A stretch of 64,000 nt of DNA from Octopus sinensis (Eukaryota). Below are positions 49,671 through 62,315 of the stretch, piece by piece. Every line of letters starts with the position of its first letter. Position 1 is the stretch's first letter. The notes below the pieces were generated by a model. The model saw only the letters and a program-made list of their open reading frames with translations, ran no database searches and had not been told where the DNA came from. The DNA lies in the NCBI RefSeq assembly GCF_006345805.1, contig NC_042999.1:125426001-125490000 (forward strand), read 5' to 3'. A program made the translations under genes and the position numbers.

Positions 49671-49780
49671 CCCTGAAGAATATATGTCATTTATTTAAAT
49701 TAAGTCCAATTTTGAACTTTGAAACTACTCCTGCTAAATTCAAGATATATGCTACATCTCTCACATCTTATTGTCAGTCA
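49671..49780 (+). CDS. CENPL: CENP-L exon
   Basis: Poly-T plus TAG acceptor, GTGAGT donor. Encodes (A)LKNICHLFKLSPILNFETTPAKFKIYATSLTSYCQS, aligning to human WTLYSLTPLYKFSYSNLKEYSRLLNAF. Confidence 0.8.
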
Positions 49781-50112
49781 GTGAGTATCTATTTTAACTT
49801 CATTTTTTGTTTCAATTTATTTATATTACCATCAAAATGAAAATTGTCATTAAATTATGACTCCAGTTCCATAAATGTTTAATGACCAAAGTTACTTATA
49901 AGCCATGATAGCATAATTAGGGACCAAATCTTAAAAAAAATATAGTGTTTGATAAACAGACATTAGAGATGTTCTGTGCTGAGAAACAGTTAATTCAGTT
50001 TGTAAAGTAAGATCAGATATTGTGCCATGAGGAGAAATGATATATGGGATGCTGTGCAAAGCCTTTCTTCTAAGAGGATAATAAATAGTTTATTGGTTTT
50101 ATTAGTAAGTCT

Positions 50113-50439
50113 AATACAGTTCTATATTTAAGAAATGAATTATGCACATTATTTACATTTGACAGATATTTGTCCTCTTCTTGTTTGTTGTTAACACAAC
50201 TTTTCAGCTGATATACCCTCTAGCCTTCATCATGTGTCTTGGGGAAATTTCTAACCTGGATTCTCATTCCTAAGGTATTTTTTTGATATTATTATTATTA
50301 TTATTATTCAGGTCACTGCCTGGAATTGAACTCAGAATCTTAGGGTTAGTAGCCCATGCTCTTAACCACTATGCCATATGCTCAAAACGTGTTAACAACA
50401 ACCAAAGTGAGGACAAATATCCATCAAATGTAAATAATG
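50113..50439 (-). mobile_element. SINE-C: tRNA head, (TAA)n, hammerhead-like motif, plus an inverted 3' segment
   Basis: A box TGGCATAGTGG (50376-50366) and B box GAGTTCAATTCC (50333-50322). Inverted segment 50384-50439. TSD TTAGTAAGTCTAA at 50102-50114 and 50440-50452. Confidence 0.8.
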
Positions 50440-51406
50440 TTAGTAAGTCTAAGTTGATTACTTCTGTGTATCCCTATTGATATAACATTATGCCCCACTT
50501 AATTTTGTGAGGCTAAAAATAGACATATATGAGAGGTGAGGGCAAAGTGTCACAAGGCCCTTTGCAACATGGTGGTAACATAGTGGATAAAGCATTAACG
50601 GCAAAGAAAATATACCTTTGATCAATTAAAAAGGAAAATGAATAAATAAATAAATTTATAGTATATAAGGGATTTAACTTGTAAAGTTGGATTCTGCTAT
50701 TTTGCAAAGATGTTAGCTTCTGTTTTCCCAGTATTTCTGTTGTAAATTACTAAATAGAAAAAAAAGAAAGATTAAATTTTGATATGATACAATATTGAAC
50801 CCCCTGAGATATTGAAATGTTTTGCCAGTTTATTGGCTCGGGGTATAAATGAGTAGACCACAAATGTACCAAATAGTGTACAATATACAATAGAAAGAGA
50901 ACAAAGATGTCTGAGTCAACAGCTTACTAGCAAACCTGTTGAAAGTTTAGTAGTTTCTATCATTGTACTACATTGTGTCCATACTCAGCTCAATTAGATC
51001 TCATAATAGTTCACAATTGTAAGTAGTGGTAATACAATCTTTCTTTAAGAGAAAGAGATCCAAGCCTAAGTCAGCAATCCAGCTCTATCAAACACTTACA
51101 CAGTTGCTTATAGTGTTGGAAATAGCAACCAAAGTTCCTTTATTTCAAACCCTACCATCTAAAAATCAGGACCAATAGTATGATGCTGTGGAAAGAAGGA
51201 TAGATACAGTTGAAACACCTTTGATAATAGTTCTACTGAATCAGAGCTAACTGTAAACTAAGCAATGCAATACATCAGGAACCATTAAGGTTGATTCAAG
51301 AATGTGTACACTACATGACATAAAGACCATTCACTTTAAGAAGGACTTCTACTATTCTGACATTTTTTGATACCTTTATGAAAATCTCAACCATTTGTTC
51401 TTGCAG

Positions 51407-51482
51407 AAAACAAAGGAAATTCATTCAGTGTCTGTTTCTTCCTGTAATTTTACAACACTCGAAGGATTTAAAGTTTCTGAAA
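51407..51482 (+). CDS. CENPL: CENP-L exon
   Basis: TTGCAG acceptor. Encodes KTKEIHSVSVSSCNFTTLEGFKVSE, similar to human VIFSTLLGMKGTQ. Phase 0 to 1. Confidence 0.75.
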
Positions 51483-53645
51483 GTATTTTGTATCTTTTTC
51501 ATTCTTCTTTCTGTTTTTAATACGTTTTGTTCCTCATATCTCAACACTGCTAACATTTTTGCTATTTCTTGAAATCTACACATTATTTGATCATCTCTCA
51601 GCATTTCTACATTGATTGTTATTTGTCAACATCTCTATTCTTTCTCTTAAATGTCAATGTCTTTACACTATTAATCTGTCAATATATTTACACTGTTCTT
51701 CTTAATAGCATATTTCTACATGTATATTTAAATTTTAAAAATGACGGCTAATTGTAGTATTTTATATATAAATATGGATGGTAAATCAAATTAATACACT
51801 TGTCAATGTTATCTAGTGGTTGTCTTTTGAGATGTGACATTGATCATTGTTTGTTACTGAAAGAATACTGGTTTAGACGTACATTTACATGCTTCCCTTG
51901 TACACACACGCACACATACATATACTCACACAGAGTTGAAACTCTGTTTGATTTTTCTTTTCAGCATTGAATGTTCACCATCCCACTTCCATTACACACA
52001 CATACACATTTTCACATACCTCCCTTTTACATAAACACACACATAAACTCATACAGGGTTGAAATGCTCCCACTACCAGTTTGCCATCACCCAATCGTTC
52101 CTTCCTTATTCATTTATCACCCGCTTCCTTTCTCATTCATATGTTGTGACTGAGAAAAACACAAGAGTATTATAATAGTATATGTTTATCCACCCTACTA
52201 CACAGGTTAATACCTCTAAATTAAAATGCTACTATTTTCCTTTAATCTTTATTCTTTCTAAAAATATCCTAGCTACTTTCTGTCACATTTCTAGAATGTC
52301 TACTTCCACTTAAGACTTAAATTATAGAGAGATCCTCTGTGTGGTCTCTCAACATTCTAGAATTAGTAAAGTCTCCCTCAAACCATACATTACTGTCTTT
52401 ATAATGAAAAGCACATTGAGAAACAGATCTAGATTTATAAAAACAGGATAGTTGAAATAGCTTTTATCATGGATGACCAGAGTTCAATGAAAGTTGACCA
52501 AAAGTCAAAAAAGATCACCAGAGGCTAAACATCAATTTAATTGATAATGTAGTCCTTGCTATCACATGTCTTATACATGGCATACAATACATGTATGTAT
52601 TAAGCAGGTTGTTTTTCATATCCACTCCCTTATACTACAATGTAATGCAGAATGTAAATATAAAGGGGTTCACTTATGGAGTAGTATTTTGTTCCAGTTT
52701 CATGATGTTAAGTGAATGAGTGGTAACTCTTCCTCTAGATAGAATGCCGGAAATCATCTTTCTTACCCAACTCCCCAGAGATACAAACTTAATTCTTATT
52801 TGTGAAGTTAATGATTTTTACCTACATAGATCACCATTACTTCTCTTGAACTCTGGTTTTCATTTAGCATTTAGTTAGGTCTCCATCTTTTATAATTCAC
52901 ATCTGGTCAAAGAAGACTTGGTCTCTTACTGTTTCAGATTTGATGAGTTTATGCAGGTACTAATGGCCCCAAAGTCATACTACCATTTAATTTATACATA
53001 TGCATGAAATAGTAACACAATTTTTAGTGTCACCTGTGTGTGTGAGAGAGAGAGAGAGAGAGAGTTTGTGTACTGCATGTCTTCACAGTAACATTCTTTA
53101 TGTCTCCTGTAAGCAATACATCCTGTACATCTGCTTTCATCGTTTCATTATGTGAAGACCAGTAGAAAAATACCTTACCTAAAAACCAATAAGAGTTGGC
53201 AACAGGAAGGATATCCAGCCATTGAATACTTTCTTAATATGTTTGTCCAACCCACATATGAAATGTATTGATAAAAAAAAATGATTGTAAAAGAAAACAA
53301 ATGAATTTATACTCCTGCTTTACATTGCAGCTTTATCCTAATCTGAGAAAGCATTATAAAATTCCTACATGTTACACATTTTAGTTGATATCTCCTTATT
53401 CTTGTTAATTTCCCTTATTATTATTATTTTGTCTTCTGTAATCTGTTACTTTATCTCCCTAATCCTTTTGTTATTGCAGTTATCCAACTGGAACTTCTTT
53501 ACTTTGTTTATCTTGCTCATGTCTTTAGGCAGGGGGAAAAAAACACGAGTTTTACTTACCTTTAAAAACCTTGGATTTTGTGATTGCATAAGAATTTGTT
53601 TATTGTCATTTTACTCATCATCTGTACTTATCTATTTAACTTCAG

Positions 53646-53687
53646 CTGACAAAGATGCTGTGCAATTGACAATGTATACCAAAAACG
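53646..53687 (+). CDS. CENPL: CENP-L exon
   Basis: TTCAG acceptor and GTAATT donor. Encodes (T)DKDAVQLTMYTKN, similar to human RDPEAFLVQIVSK. Phase 1-1. Confidence 0.7.
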
Positions 53688-54276
53688 GTAATTATCTTTC
53701 TAAAAGTTAGACAATTCATTTTGTGTCAAAGTTGTATGTCATCATCATCATCATTTATCATCTGCCTTCCCCGGTTTGCATGTTCATAAATATTTCTCTT
53801 CCTTATATGCACACATATATATTATGTATGTATGCATGTGTGTATCTGTACATACATTTATTTATTTATTGTTGGGTCAGGAGAAAGGGACCTATGCCTT
53901 TAGCAGGCTCTCTTAGACCAGTAAGAGTAATGCTATTAATGATCTTCTTGAACTTTTGCAAGTCAACATCTGCTGGAAAGACATGGACAGAGAAGGATTT
54001 CTAGAGTGGCACCATTCTGGGAAAGGACTTGGATTGGGAGTACAGGTAGTAATTAGTGTTGTGTGGAAGGGGGGGGGGGGCACCACAAGGAGGATGAGAA
54101 ATAAAGCAATAAGTGAGTTGGGAGTGCCTGAGTTGCAAGAGTTTAACTAGCTCTGAGTAACGGGCCATTATAACAATTGTCAGAAAGAGAAAAGAGACAG
54201 TAGGACCAATGGGCCAGAGACTGGAGTGTGTCTAACTGACTTTTCTACCAATCAGTTGAAGACTACATGTATGTAA

Positions 54277-54312
<36 letters not shown>

Positions 54313-54644
54313 TAAATGAAAGATGGAATATACGAGAATTTATTAATCACGACAATTGTTTCGACACATCTAGTATTGATCCCTCATGGATGGGACACTC
54401 AACAACTGGTTCAGGAATATCCAGTGGTGCAGATGTATCTCGTCAGTAATAAATGGACACAACTCGTTAAAGTAACAGTTCCACAATGTGACTTCTTGTT
54501 TTGTAGAAAGAAAAACAGCCAGATGGAGGAAATATCTTTACTTATATAGAAGATGGGGAAAAAAGAGAAATGAACACCCAATCCGAGAAAAGTATTAAAA
54601 ATAACCATTAGACTATGACCATGCTGGGGCACCACCTTGGAGAA

Positions 54645-55065
54645 TTTTTTAGTCAAATGAATCCACCCGAGGACTTATTTTTTGTTTTTAAGCCTGGTAC
54701 TTATTCTATTGGTCTCATTTTCCCAAACCATATGTTATGGGGATGTAAATACATCAGCAGTGGTGGGGGATAAACACAGACACAAAGACACACATGACAG
54801 GCTTCTTTCAGCTTCCATCTACCAAATCCACTCACAAGGCTTTGGTGAGTCTAAGGCTATAGTAGATGACACTTGCCCAAGGTGCCATGCTGTGGAACTG
54901 AAAGCGGAACCACGTGGTTGGGAAGCAAGCTTCTTATCCCACAGCCACGTCTATGTGTATATATATGAATGAGAAGCCTCTTTCAGTTTCTCTCAATCAA
55001 ATTGACTTGCAAAGCTTTGGTCAGCTCTGGGCTATAGTAGATGACATTTGCCCAAGGTGTCACAC
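54645..55065 (-). mobile_element. SINE-A copy plus a partial second copy
   Basis: Reverse-complement homology to 38654-39076. Confidence 0.72.
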
Positions 55066-56919
55066 AGTATGACGGATGTTAAATGATGATGATGATATAC
55101 AAAATAGTAGCATAACAGTGGACAAGAGGTTAGAAGATATGATATAGAAGACTGCTCTATTTCACAATTACATGCAGCTTTTTTTAAGAAAGCAATTACA
55201 AATGTTTAAATTACTCTCCAAATAAAGTTGTCTATTCTAGTAATTGTCCACACACTTCTACATTTCTGTCGAACGACCTTTTAAGAAAGAAACCTACTTC
55301 TCTTCATGGTAGACAAACTCGTTGAAATTTGTGAACTTTGACAGTTGTCTTTCTTTAGCACCCTAAATGTAAACGAAACAAATTTGAATTTAGTAGTTCC
55401 TGATTACTAATAAAAGCACTGCAAAGCTTTAATTCCATTTTATGATTCACTTTTTGAAATATTCTTTAAAGGCTATGTCTCTATTCAACATTGCAATACT
55501 TGTATATTGTAGGTGTTGGTGCTTTTACCCATAGGCAATTGTGCCTAAGACTTGTTTCCATTTCACATTAAAACAATTGTTTCCATTGAATACCATTCTG
55601 AATCTTTATTAATATGCTTTGTAAGATTTATAATTTCTAGTTTTAATCATTTGAGGTGTTCTGTTGCAATAAGATAGTCACTGATTTTAAAGGAGGAAAA
55701 TTATCTGAAAGATGATGTCTTAATTTGTTTTAAAACCTTCCCAACAGATTGTGAGTGAATTTGGTAGATGGAAACTGTGTGGAAGCCTATTGTTTATATA
55801 TACAAATACAGATATATAAATGTGTGTCTGTGTTTCTCCCACATACTGCTTGGCAACCAGTGTTGGTTTGTTTACCTCCCATAACTTAGCAGTTTGGCAA
55901 AAGAGACAATAGAAAAGTACCCAACAAGTACTAAAAAACACCTTTCAAGACAATACCCCAGTATGGCTAAAAAACTCCTTTCAAGGCAATACCCCATTGA
56001 CTGAAATAAGTAAATGATGTAAAGCATCTCTCTCCTGTTGTTCAGTAAATTTATGTTCTGACAGTTTCCAAGTTGTGGCCTTTGATCTAAATTTAGTTTC
56101 TTTTGACATTATAGTTATTGAACTGAGTGAATCAGCAAAATGCTGAAAGATCATTCAGTAATTAGTTGGGTTTTGTGTTTCTGCTTCAAATTTTTCATTA
56201 ACTCTAATAAATTAACCTATTTAACAACGTATAAATGTATGTTTCTCAGAATCTACTGCTTACTGACTATCATACTGAGATTATGTTCTCTGTGGCTAAA
56301 ACATATTTGGTTACATTTCCAAACATTTTTCATCATTGTTTATATATCATTAGTTCGTTTCATTTGAAGAAATATTGGTCTTCAGCTAAACCTGTTGCAG
56401 TCTGAATTTTTTAAAATGAGAATTTCTTAATTGAATTGTGTATTAACTTTAAATAATGGAGTATATTATAATAAGCAGATACAAAACTACTTGGTCAGGT
56501 ATTTCAATAAATATTAGGTTAAAAAAAGTAAAAAAAGTGAGAAAAGAAATTTAGTTTGCAAATTACAAAGTTGTTGACTTTGGGTTGTTACTGTAGATAA
56601 CCAGAGAAACTTTTGATAGTAATTTAGGTATCCAACAAAGAATTAGCTGTAGGATAGAGAATTTTATTGGAAGAAAGGAATTAGATATAACTGGAGTTTT
56701 TTATAATAAAATTGATGGAATGATGGAAATGGTAAGCCTTGTAATCTACAATTTCCAATTTCTATTCTGAGTTCATCCCTCCAAATTCAACAAAGCATGT
56801 TCTAATCATTCACTTGTTCATTTCAATTAACTATAATCCTCCAGCAGGAATGTTTACATGTCCTTATAACCAATGTTAGAAGTCATTTCTTAAATACCTT
56901 TGACATTTGTTTTTTGCAG

Positions 56920-57071
56920 GCACTCGAAATAAGATGATACTACTGGCACTTATGTGCTGTGTAGATTTACCACCACATTTTGCTGCACTTGAGAAGTCAT
57001 TTTCATGCTACCCAGTTATGGTCATTAGAGGATCTAGCATGCTTAAATCTTGGACTTGTGAGTGGTTTGAG
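56920..57071 (+). CDS. CENPL: CENP-L exon
   Basis: TTTTTGCAG acceptor and GAG|GTATAC donor. Encodes (G)TRNKMILLALMCCVDLPPHFAALEKSFSCYPVMVIRGSSMLKSWTCEWFE, similar to human KVLWTGWFCCV...DFTCLPLFLANGAESNTAIIGTWFQ. Confidence 0.85.
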
Positions 57072-58553
57072 GTATACATTCTATCACAGTACTTTCCTAT
57101 TATTGACAGCCAGCTTTTTATTTACGAGAGGAATTGGAGAGTAAAAATGTAAAAATAATTGTTCAAGAGGGATAAAAATTTATAGAACTGTGACTTGCAT
57201 TAGCAGCAAAGAGATAAATTCTGAATGTGATGGGCAATGTATTTGAGGCCTATGGAGAAAGTGTTCTGAAATCTAATAAGTCTGTTATTGAACTGGATGT
57301 TAGTGTAACATGTATGTAAAATTTTGTGAATATTGGTTCACTGGTTTAGGCACTTAGATGGTAACAGACAGAAATTGCCATTTATATATTAGATATATGT
57401 GTGTATATGATGGGCTTCTTTCAGTTTCCATCTACCAAATCCACTCACAAGGCTTTGGCCAGCCTGAGGTTATAGCAGAAGGCACTTGCTCATGGTGCCA
57501 TGAAGTGGGACTGAACCCGGAACCATGTGGTTGGGAAGCAAGCTTCTTACTCCATAGTCATGTTTGCACCTGTTGAAAATTAACAAATCTATTCATTAGT
57601 CAGTTTATCTGTGATTTATAATATACTGGAAATTAGTGAAAAATAACTCTAATGTTAGATTTTCTTACGCAAACACATTATAAGATACTTTCCTATTATA
57701 GACAGCCAATTTTTTATTTACTAAAAGATTAGTAAATAGACTATTACACTTATGAGATGAATGTAATAGTTGATTGGTAGACTTTCAGAATAGCTGGCAC
57801 TACCTCATAGAGAAAGAAACAAGCAAAGAATTGTTCTGTAAAAAAACATTTTGCCCAAAACAATTTTTTACGCATGATCCAAGATATTTCAATTATGACC
57901 ATCATGTCTTGTTGCATATCATGCCTCATTAGGTATATGAGATTACAACATCCCATTGTGCTTCCTTTTTTTCAGTAAGGAAGATTTGGTTGCTATTTCT
58001 AGCTGATCAAGTGATCACAAAATTTTAATCGTCAGTAATACACTGAGGTTGATTTAATTGACTGTGTTTCTTTCTGACTTCATACTAAAGTTAAAAATCA
58101 ATATTTTGATTCTCTTTGTTTTTCACCATGGCTATTCATTTCTAGAGTTTTATATAGTTGGAAGCTAAAGGCATCATCTAACTATACACCATCAACTACA
58201 GTCATCTAATAACTTAAATTAATGGCCAGCTCTTTGATTATTGGAGTTGGTTCTGTACTGATAGTACTTTACTGAAGGATACAATGGAGTACTTGATCTG
58301 AGAATCACATTGCTTCAGTTCACACATCTGAAAGTGAGTCCCAACAACAGCTAGTAAGAGGTTAACCCTACAATTGACTGACATATCAGTTATGGAGTCA
58401 TGTACCAGAATTGCTTAAATGCTGTTGATTCAAGACAGACTTCAACTATTCTGGAACTATATGTGTGTGAGTGTGTATACAACTATGTGTGTAATGATCT
58501 TGGACCTGCAAACTTTTTTTCTAATAAACCATTTCCTTTGTTTTCTCTTTCAG

Positions 58554-58644
58554 AAAGAATTTCATGCTAAAATCAGTCCATTACATTTTTCATCAATTGA
58601 TCTTTCTTGGATGTTATCATTATGGACTGGCAAGATCAACTTTG
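58554..58644 (+). CDS. CENPL: CENP-L exon
   Basis: Encodes KEFHAKISPLHFSSIDLSWMLSLWTGKINF, similar to human KTFDCYFSPLAINAFNLSWMAAMWTACK, the most diagnostic CENP-L motif. GTTAGT donor. Confidence 0.88.
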
Positions 58645-58839
58645 GTTAGTTTCAAATATTGTATCACACAATTTCCTTTTATTTATTTCTGTTTAGTTTA
58701 TGGTATCTGAAAGTGGGTAAATAAACAGTGTTAAAGGAACACAGCCTGTAAATACTTTGTTCTTTATAACAAAACCTGGTGTCTCAAAATCTTTACATGC
58801 AAGCATAGCCATAATGTTAAATTCATTTTGCTGTTATAT

Positions 58840-59038
58840 AAGAGGGGATGCTGAAAAGTTCCTGGCTTTTAGGGTATCGCGAAAGGCCTAGTTGGAGGCT
58901 CAGCCATGCTTACAAGACTTAGAAAAACTGAAGGACCGCTTCAATGAGGAGAGGGGAATATGTTGACTAAAATCATAATTAACTGATCCTCCTGTATTTT
59001 CTTTTACCCAAAGCCAGGACCTTTTCAGTACCCCCTCA
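58840..59038. mobile_element. Mariner-derived MITE
   Basis: TIRs GAGGGGATGCTGAAAAGTTCCTGGCTT and AAGCCAGGACCTTTTCAGTACCCCCTC, flanked by TA. Confidence 0.75.
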
Positions 59039-59223
59039 TACATCCAGTTTTACTCCAACCATGCTGCACTTTCATTGAATGTATTCTATCATAACCTTGG
59101 GTCAATCCAAGTCTTGTTAGTAAAATTGGATAGGCAGAAAGGAGACAAAAAACTGCTGGACATATTGTACCTGTTATTGGATAATATATGTGTGTGTGTG
59201 TGTGTGTAGACATAAGTAGCATA

Positions 59224-59810
59224 TGTGGTGTGTAAGAGAGACAACTGCGTTGGTATGGTCATGTGTTACATATGGATGAGGACAGCTGTGTGACACACCC
59301 TAGCAGTAGAGGGAACCTGTGGAATAGGAAGACCTGGGATGAGGTGGTGAAGCATGACTTTCGAATGTTGGGCCTCATGGAAGCGATGACGAGCGACCAA
59401 GACCTTTGGAGATATGTTGTGCTTGAGAACACTTGGCAAGCAAAGTGAGACCATAACCGGCCCATTTGAGATTACTCTTAAGTCATTGGGTAATAAACTG
59501 TGCTTGCAAAGACACGTTGAGTCAAGTTAAGTCGTTGTTGTGAGTGATGCCAGTACCGCCTGACTAGCATGTAAAAAGCCCCATTCGAGTGTGGCCGTTG
59601 CCAGTGCCACCTAACTGGCACTTATGCCAGTGGCACGTAACAAGCACCCACTACTCGGAATGGTTGGCATTAGGAAGGACATCCAGCTGTAGAAACCTTG
59701 CCAGATCAGATTCGAGCCTGGTGCAACTTTCTGGCTTGCCAGTTCTCAGTCAAACTGTCCAACCCATGCCAGCATGGAAAGCGAATGTTAAACGGCAATG
59801 ATGATGATGA
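59224..59810 (+). mobile_element. RTE LINE 3' end in a CENP-L intron
   Basis: ERQLRWYGH...KTWDEVVKHDFRMLGL, followed by the 3' UTR and (GAT)n tail. Tail-only copies at about 2940-3060, 6510-6970, 17640-17842, 25800-26132 and 39876-39915. Confidence 0.85.
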
Positions 59811-59814
59811 TATA

Positions 59815-61096
59815 TGGGGTGCAATGGGTAAATTTTTGCCATTTTATATTTTTAACTTTGCTCGTGTGCTTTATTGTTTTTGATTTTGTTAACTACATAG
59901 TATAGTAGTGTCAGTTGGGCACTGTCTGTAAGAAAAGCAGCATCATGACACAATATACTCTGCCAGAAATTTGGAAACAACATGCTGTACTGCTTGGCAT
60001 TCGTGCTGGCAGCTTCAATGGGAACATTTCAGAGTGTTTGGGTGTCAATCTGAGGATGGTGCAGAGGATTTGAAAAGGGTTGAATGAATCTAATGGTGAT
60101 TACAAAGGTACAGCAGCTCAGAAAACTCACTCTGATTGTTTTGATGAGAAGAGAACTCCTGAATTTGTTGGTGAGATCCAGGCCATGATTGACAATGATC
60201 CCTCCAAGTCAATCAGGTCCACCACCAAGGACATAGGAGTGTCTGAGTTTCTTATCAAGCAGGTAGTGCATGAAGACATTCAGTATTCCTCATACAAGAT
60301 GAGAAAGGGCCAATTTTTATCCCAAGCCATCAAGGTCAAGAGGAAAGACCACACTATGAAGCTTTTGAACAAACTCAAGCATCCCCTTCAACTGAACGTG
60401 CTTTGGTTTTCCTCAGACGAGAAAATTTTCTTCCAGAATAAGATGGTGAATACAGAACAAGCATTGGCTTGCCATGTCCCCAAAACACATTCTGAGAGCG
60501 ATAAAAATCAAACATCCAGTCAACATTATGGTGTTTGAAGTGATGACTAGTGATGGTGAAGTTATGTCTCCATTTATCTTCCCACATGTCCTCAGACTCA
60601 ACATTGAAGTCTACGTCAAGTGCCTAGTGGAGGTAGTGCTGCTCTGAAGATGAACTGAAGGCAAGGATTATAATAATGAAATCATTGTGTATAGTGCTCA
60701 GATGCACTACAACTCATCAAAGTTACATGTACAGTACATAGAATTATGTACAAAAGTCAGAAAAGTGAACAGTATATGAGTCATGTTATACATATGTGCA
60801 TGCGTATGGAGTGGGAGATATCAGGTGTAGTATTGGCAAATTTCAAGAAGCATGGAGGTTTTTGAAGATATGGCAGCATTCACCAAGTTAAACAAGGAGA
60901 CCATCCAGAAGAGTTGCAGGAGATTCCAAAGTCGTCTGGAGGGCATGGTTGAAGCTAATGATTTTATTGAATAAATTTACTCTTTAATATTTCAAGATAT
61001 TTTTATGTAATTTTGATAAATGTATCTGTTAAAATGAGATGTCAGTGTTATTTTCATTTTTGTGTAATTTAGACAATTTATTCATCGCACCCCCTG
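59815..61096 (+). mobile_element. Second maT-like mariner copy
   Basis: TIRs GGGGTGCAATGGGTAAATT and AATTTATTCATCGCACCCCCTG with TA flanks. ORF 60080-60538 shows HTH region plus WFSSDEKIF. Homologous to 46766-47575. Confidence 0.85.
60671..60870 (-). mobile_element. CR1 3' fragment nested in a mariner element
   Basis: Reverse-complement homology to about 43450-43650. Splits the mariner sequence AAGGATTA|TGGCAGC. Confidence 0.7.
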
Positions 61097-62206
61097 TATA
61101 TAATAATCCATTTCCTGGTTTAACAGAACCATCTGGTCCTTGGAATCTACTCTGTTGTAAGCACTCTGACCAAGTGTCTGGTCTTGGGATAACTGGAATT
61201 GTCTATCTTTATGTACTACTGCTTCTTGCTGCAGAAACTCCTAAACTCTATTTCTTCCAACGCACCCCTCATCAATCTTGCCGGCCCTTACAAAGGCCAG
61301 GGTGTTACCCTTCTTCCTGTGACAGAGTATAAAATAAAATTATTGATCTCTTAATATTCATCAATCTTCTTGACTTGGTTGATTGTCTTTTATTGTTTCA
61401 CAATTTATTAAATAAATATGAATGTCCACTTTCAGGTAGATGGCAGAGATAGATTTTCAATTTTCATTATCTGTCGACAATGTCATATCTAAGAGGTTTT
61501 TTTTTTATCCACTACCATCACTTAAATGGTTTTCTTTTGCACATTTTCTGCAAGGATCTCATTTGGTTCCTAAATGTTTGTTTCCATATTCAAAGGTGTA
61601 GTTAAAACATAATGTTAAAGAGTATTTGGTAGCAGTAAAATTATCATGCATAAAAACATTTGAAACATTTGCAAAGCATCTAAACCATGCTTGCATAGTG
61701 ATTTATTGATTTCTTACTTTTACATAGGTTTACAACTATGTAAATTATGTATAGTCAATTAAGTCATCTCCAGCATATTACTGGTACATCTTTTAATGAA
61801 AATAATCAAAATCTGGTGAGATTTGAACTCAGAATGTAGAGGGAAAGAACTATGCAATGAAAGATGTTTAGTACTTAACTGATTCTACCACTCTTCTAAC
61901 TAAAATATTCTTATTTAGGCCATAAAGTCAGCAGTTTTGAGGAGAAGAGTCATTGATTTCATCAACCTCAATACTTGATTGATCCTGGAGGAATGAAAAT
62001 TGAAGTTGACTTTGGTAAGATTTGAACCTAGAATGTAAAAAGTCAGAAGAAATACCACAAGGCCCGATGCCCTAACAATTCACTAAATGATCATTGATTG
62101 AAAATATTTTCAAGTAAAACCTGAAACTTAATTCAAAACATTGTAAGATTCTAATGTGACATTACGTATATTATGTGTATTGTGTATTTTATTTTCTTCT
62201 TTCAAG

Positions 62207-62315
62207 ATTTGAGTTCACCTACCTATCTTGTGTTTCAAGTACCTGATGAGATTAAGGGAATGAATGAAGTTAAAATATCAATTGATACAAAAGATTTACA
62301 GTATGTTTGGGACAA
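62207..62315 (+). CDS. CENPL: CENP-L exon; gene continues beyond the window
   Basis: TTCAAG acceptor and GTAAGT donor. Encodes (D)LSSPTYLVFQVPDEIKGMNEVKISIDTKDLQYVWD, similar to human ATTEFLWSVP...ISFAIHPEDAKALWD. Confidence 0.82.

Noticed and set aside
50309-50383. tRNA gene (also the heads at 38654, 31717 and 21874)
   Set aside because: A and B boxes are present but the acceptor and anticodon stems do not close, and each head is fused to a repeat body, so these are SINE heads.
53369-53710. 113-aa ORF as one long CENP-L exon
   Set aside because: Only the last 14 codons align to CENP-L. The rest is low-complexity hydrophobic intron translation, and the 51407-51482 exon supplies the missing homology in the correct phase.
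58626-58636. GC donor (ACTG|GCAAGA) for the CENP-L exon
   Set aside because: The canonical GT donor 15 nt downstream gives a gap-free alignment with human CENP-L.
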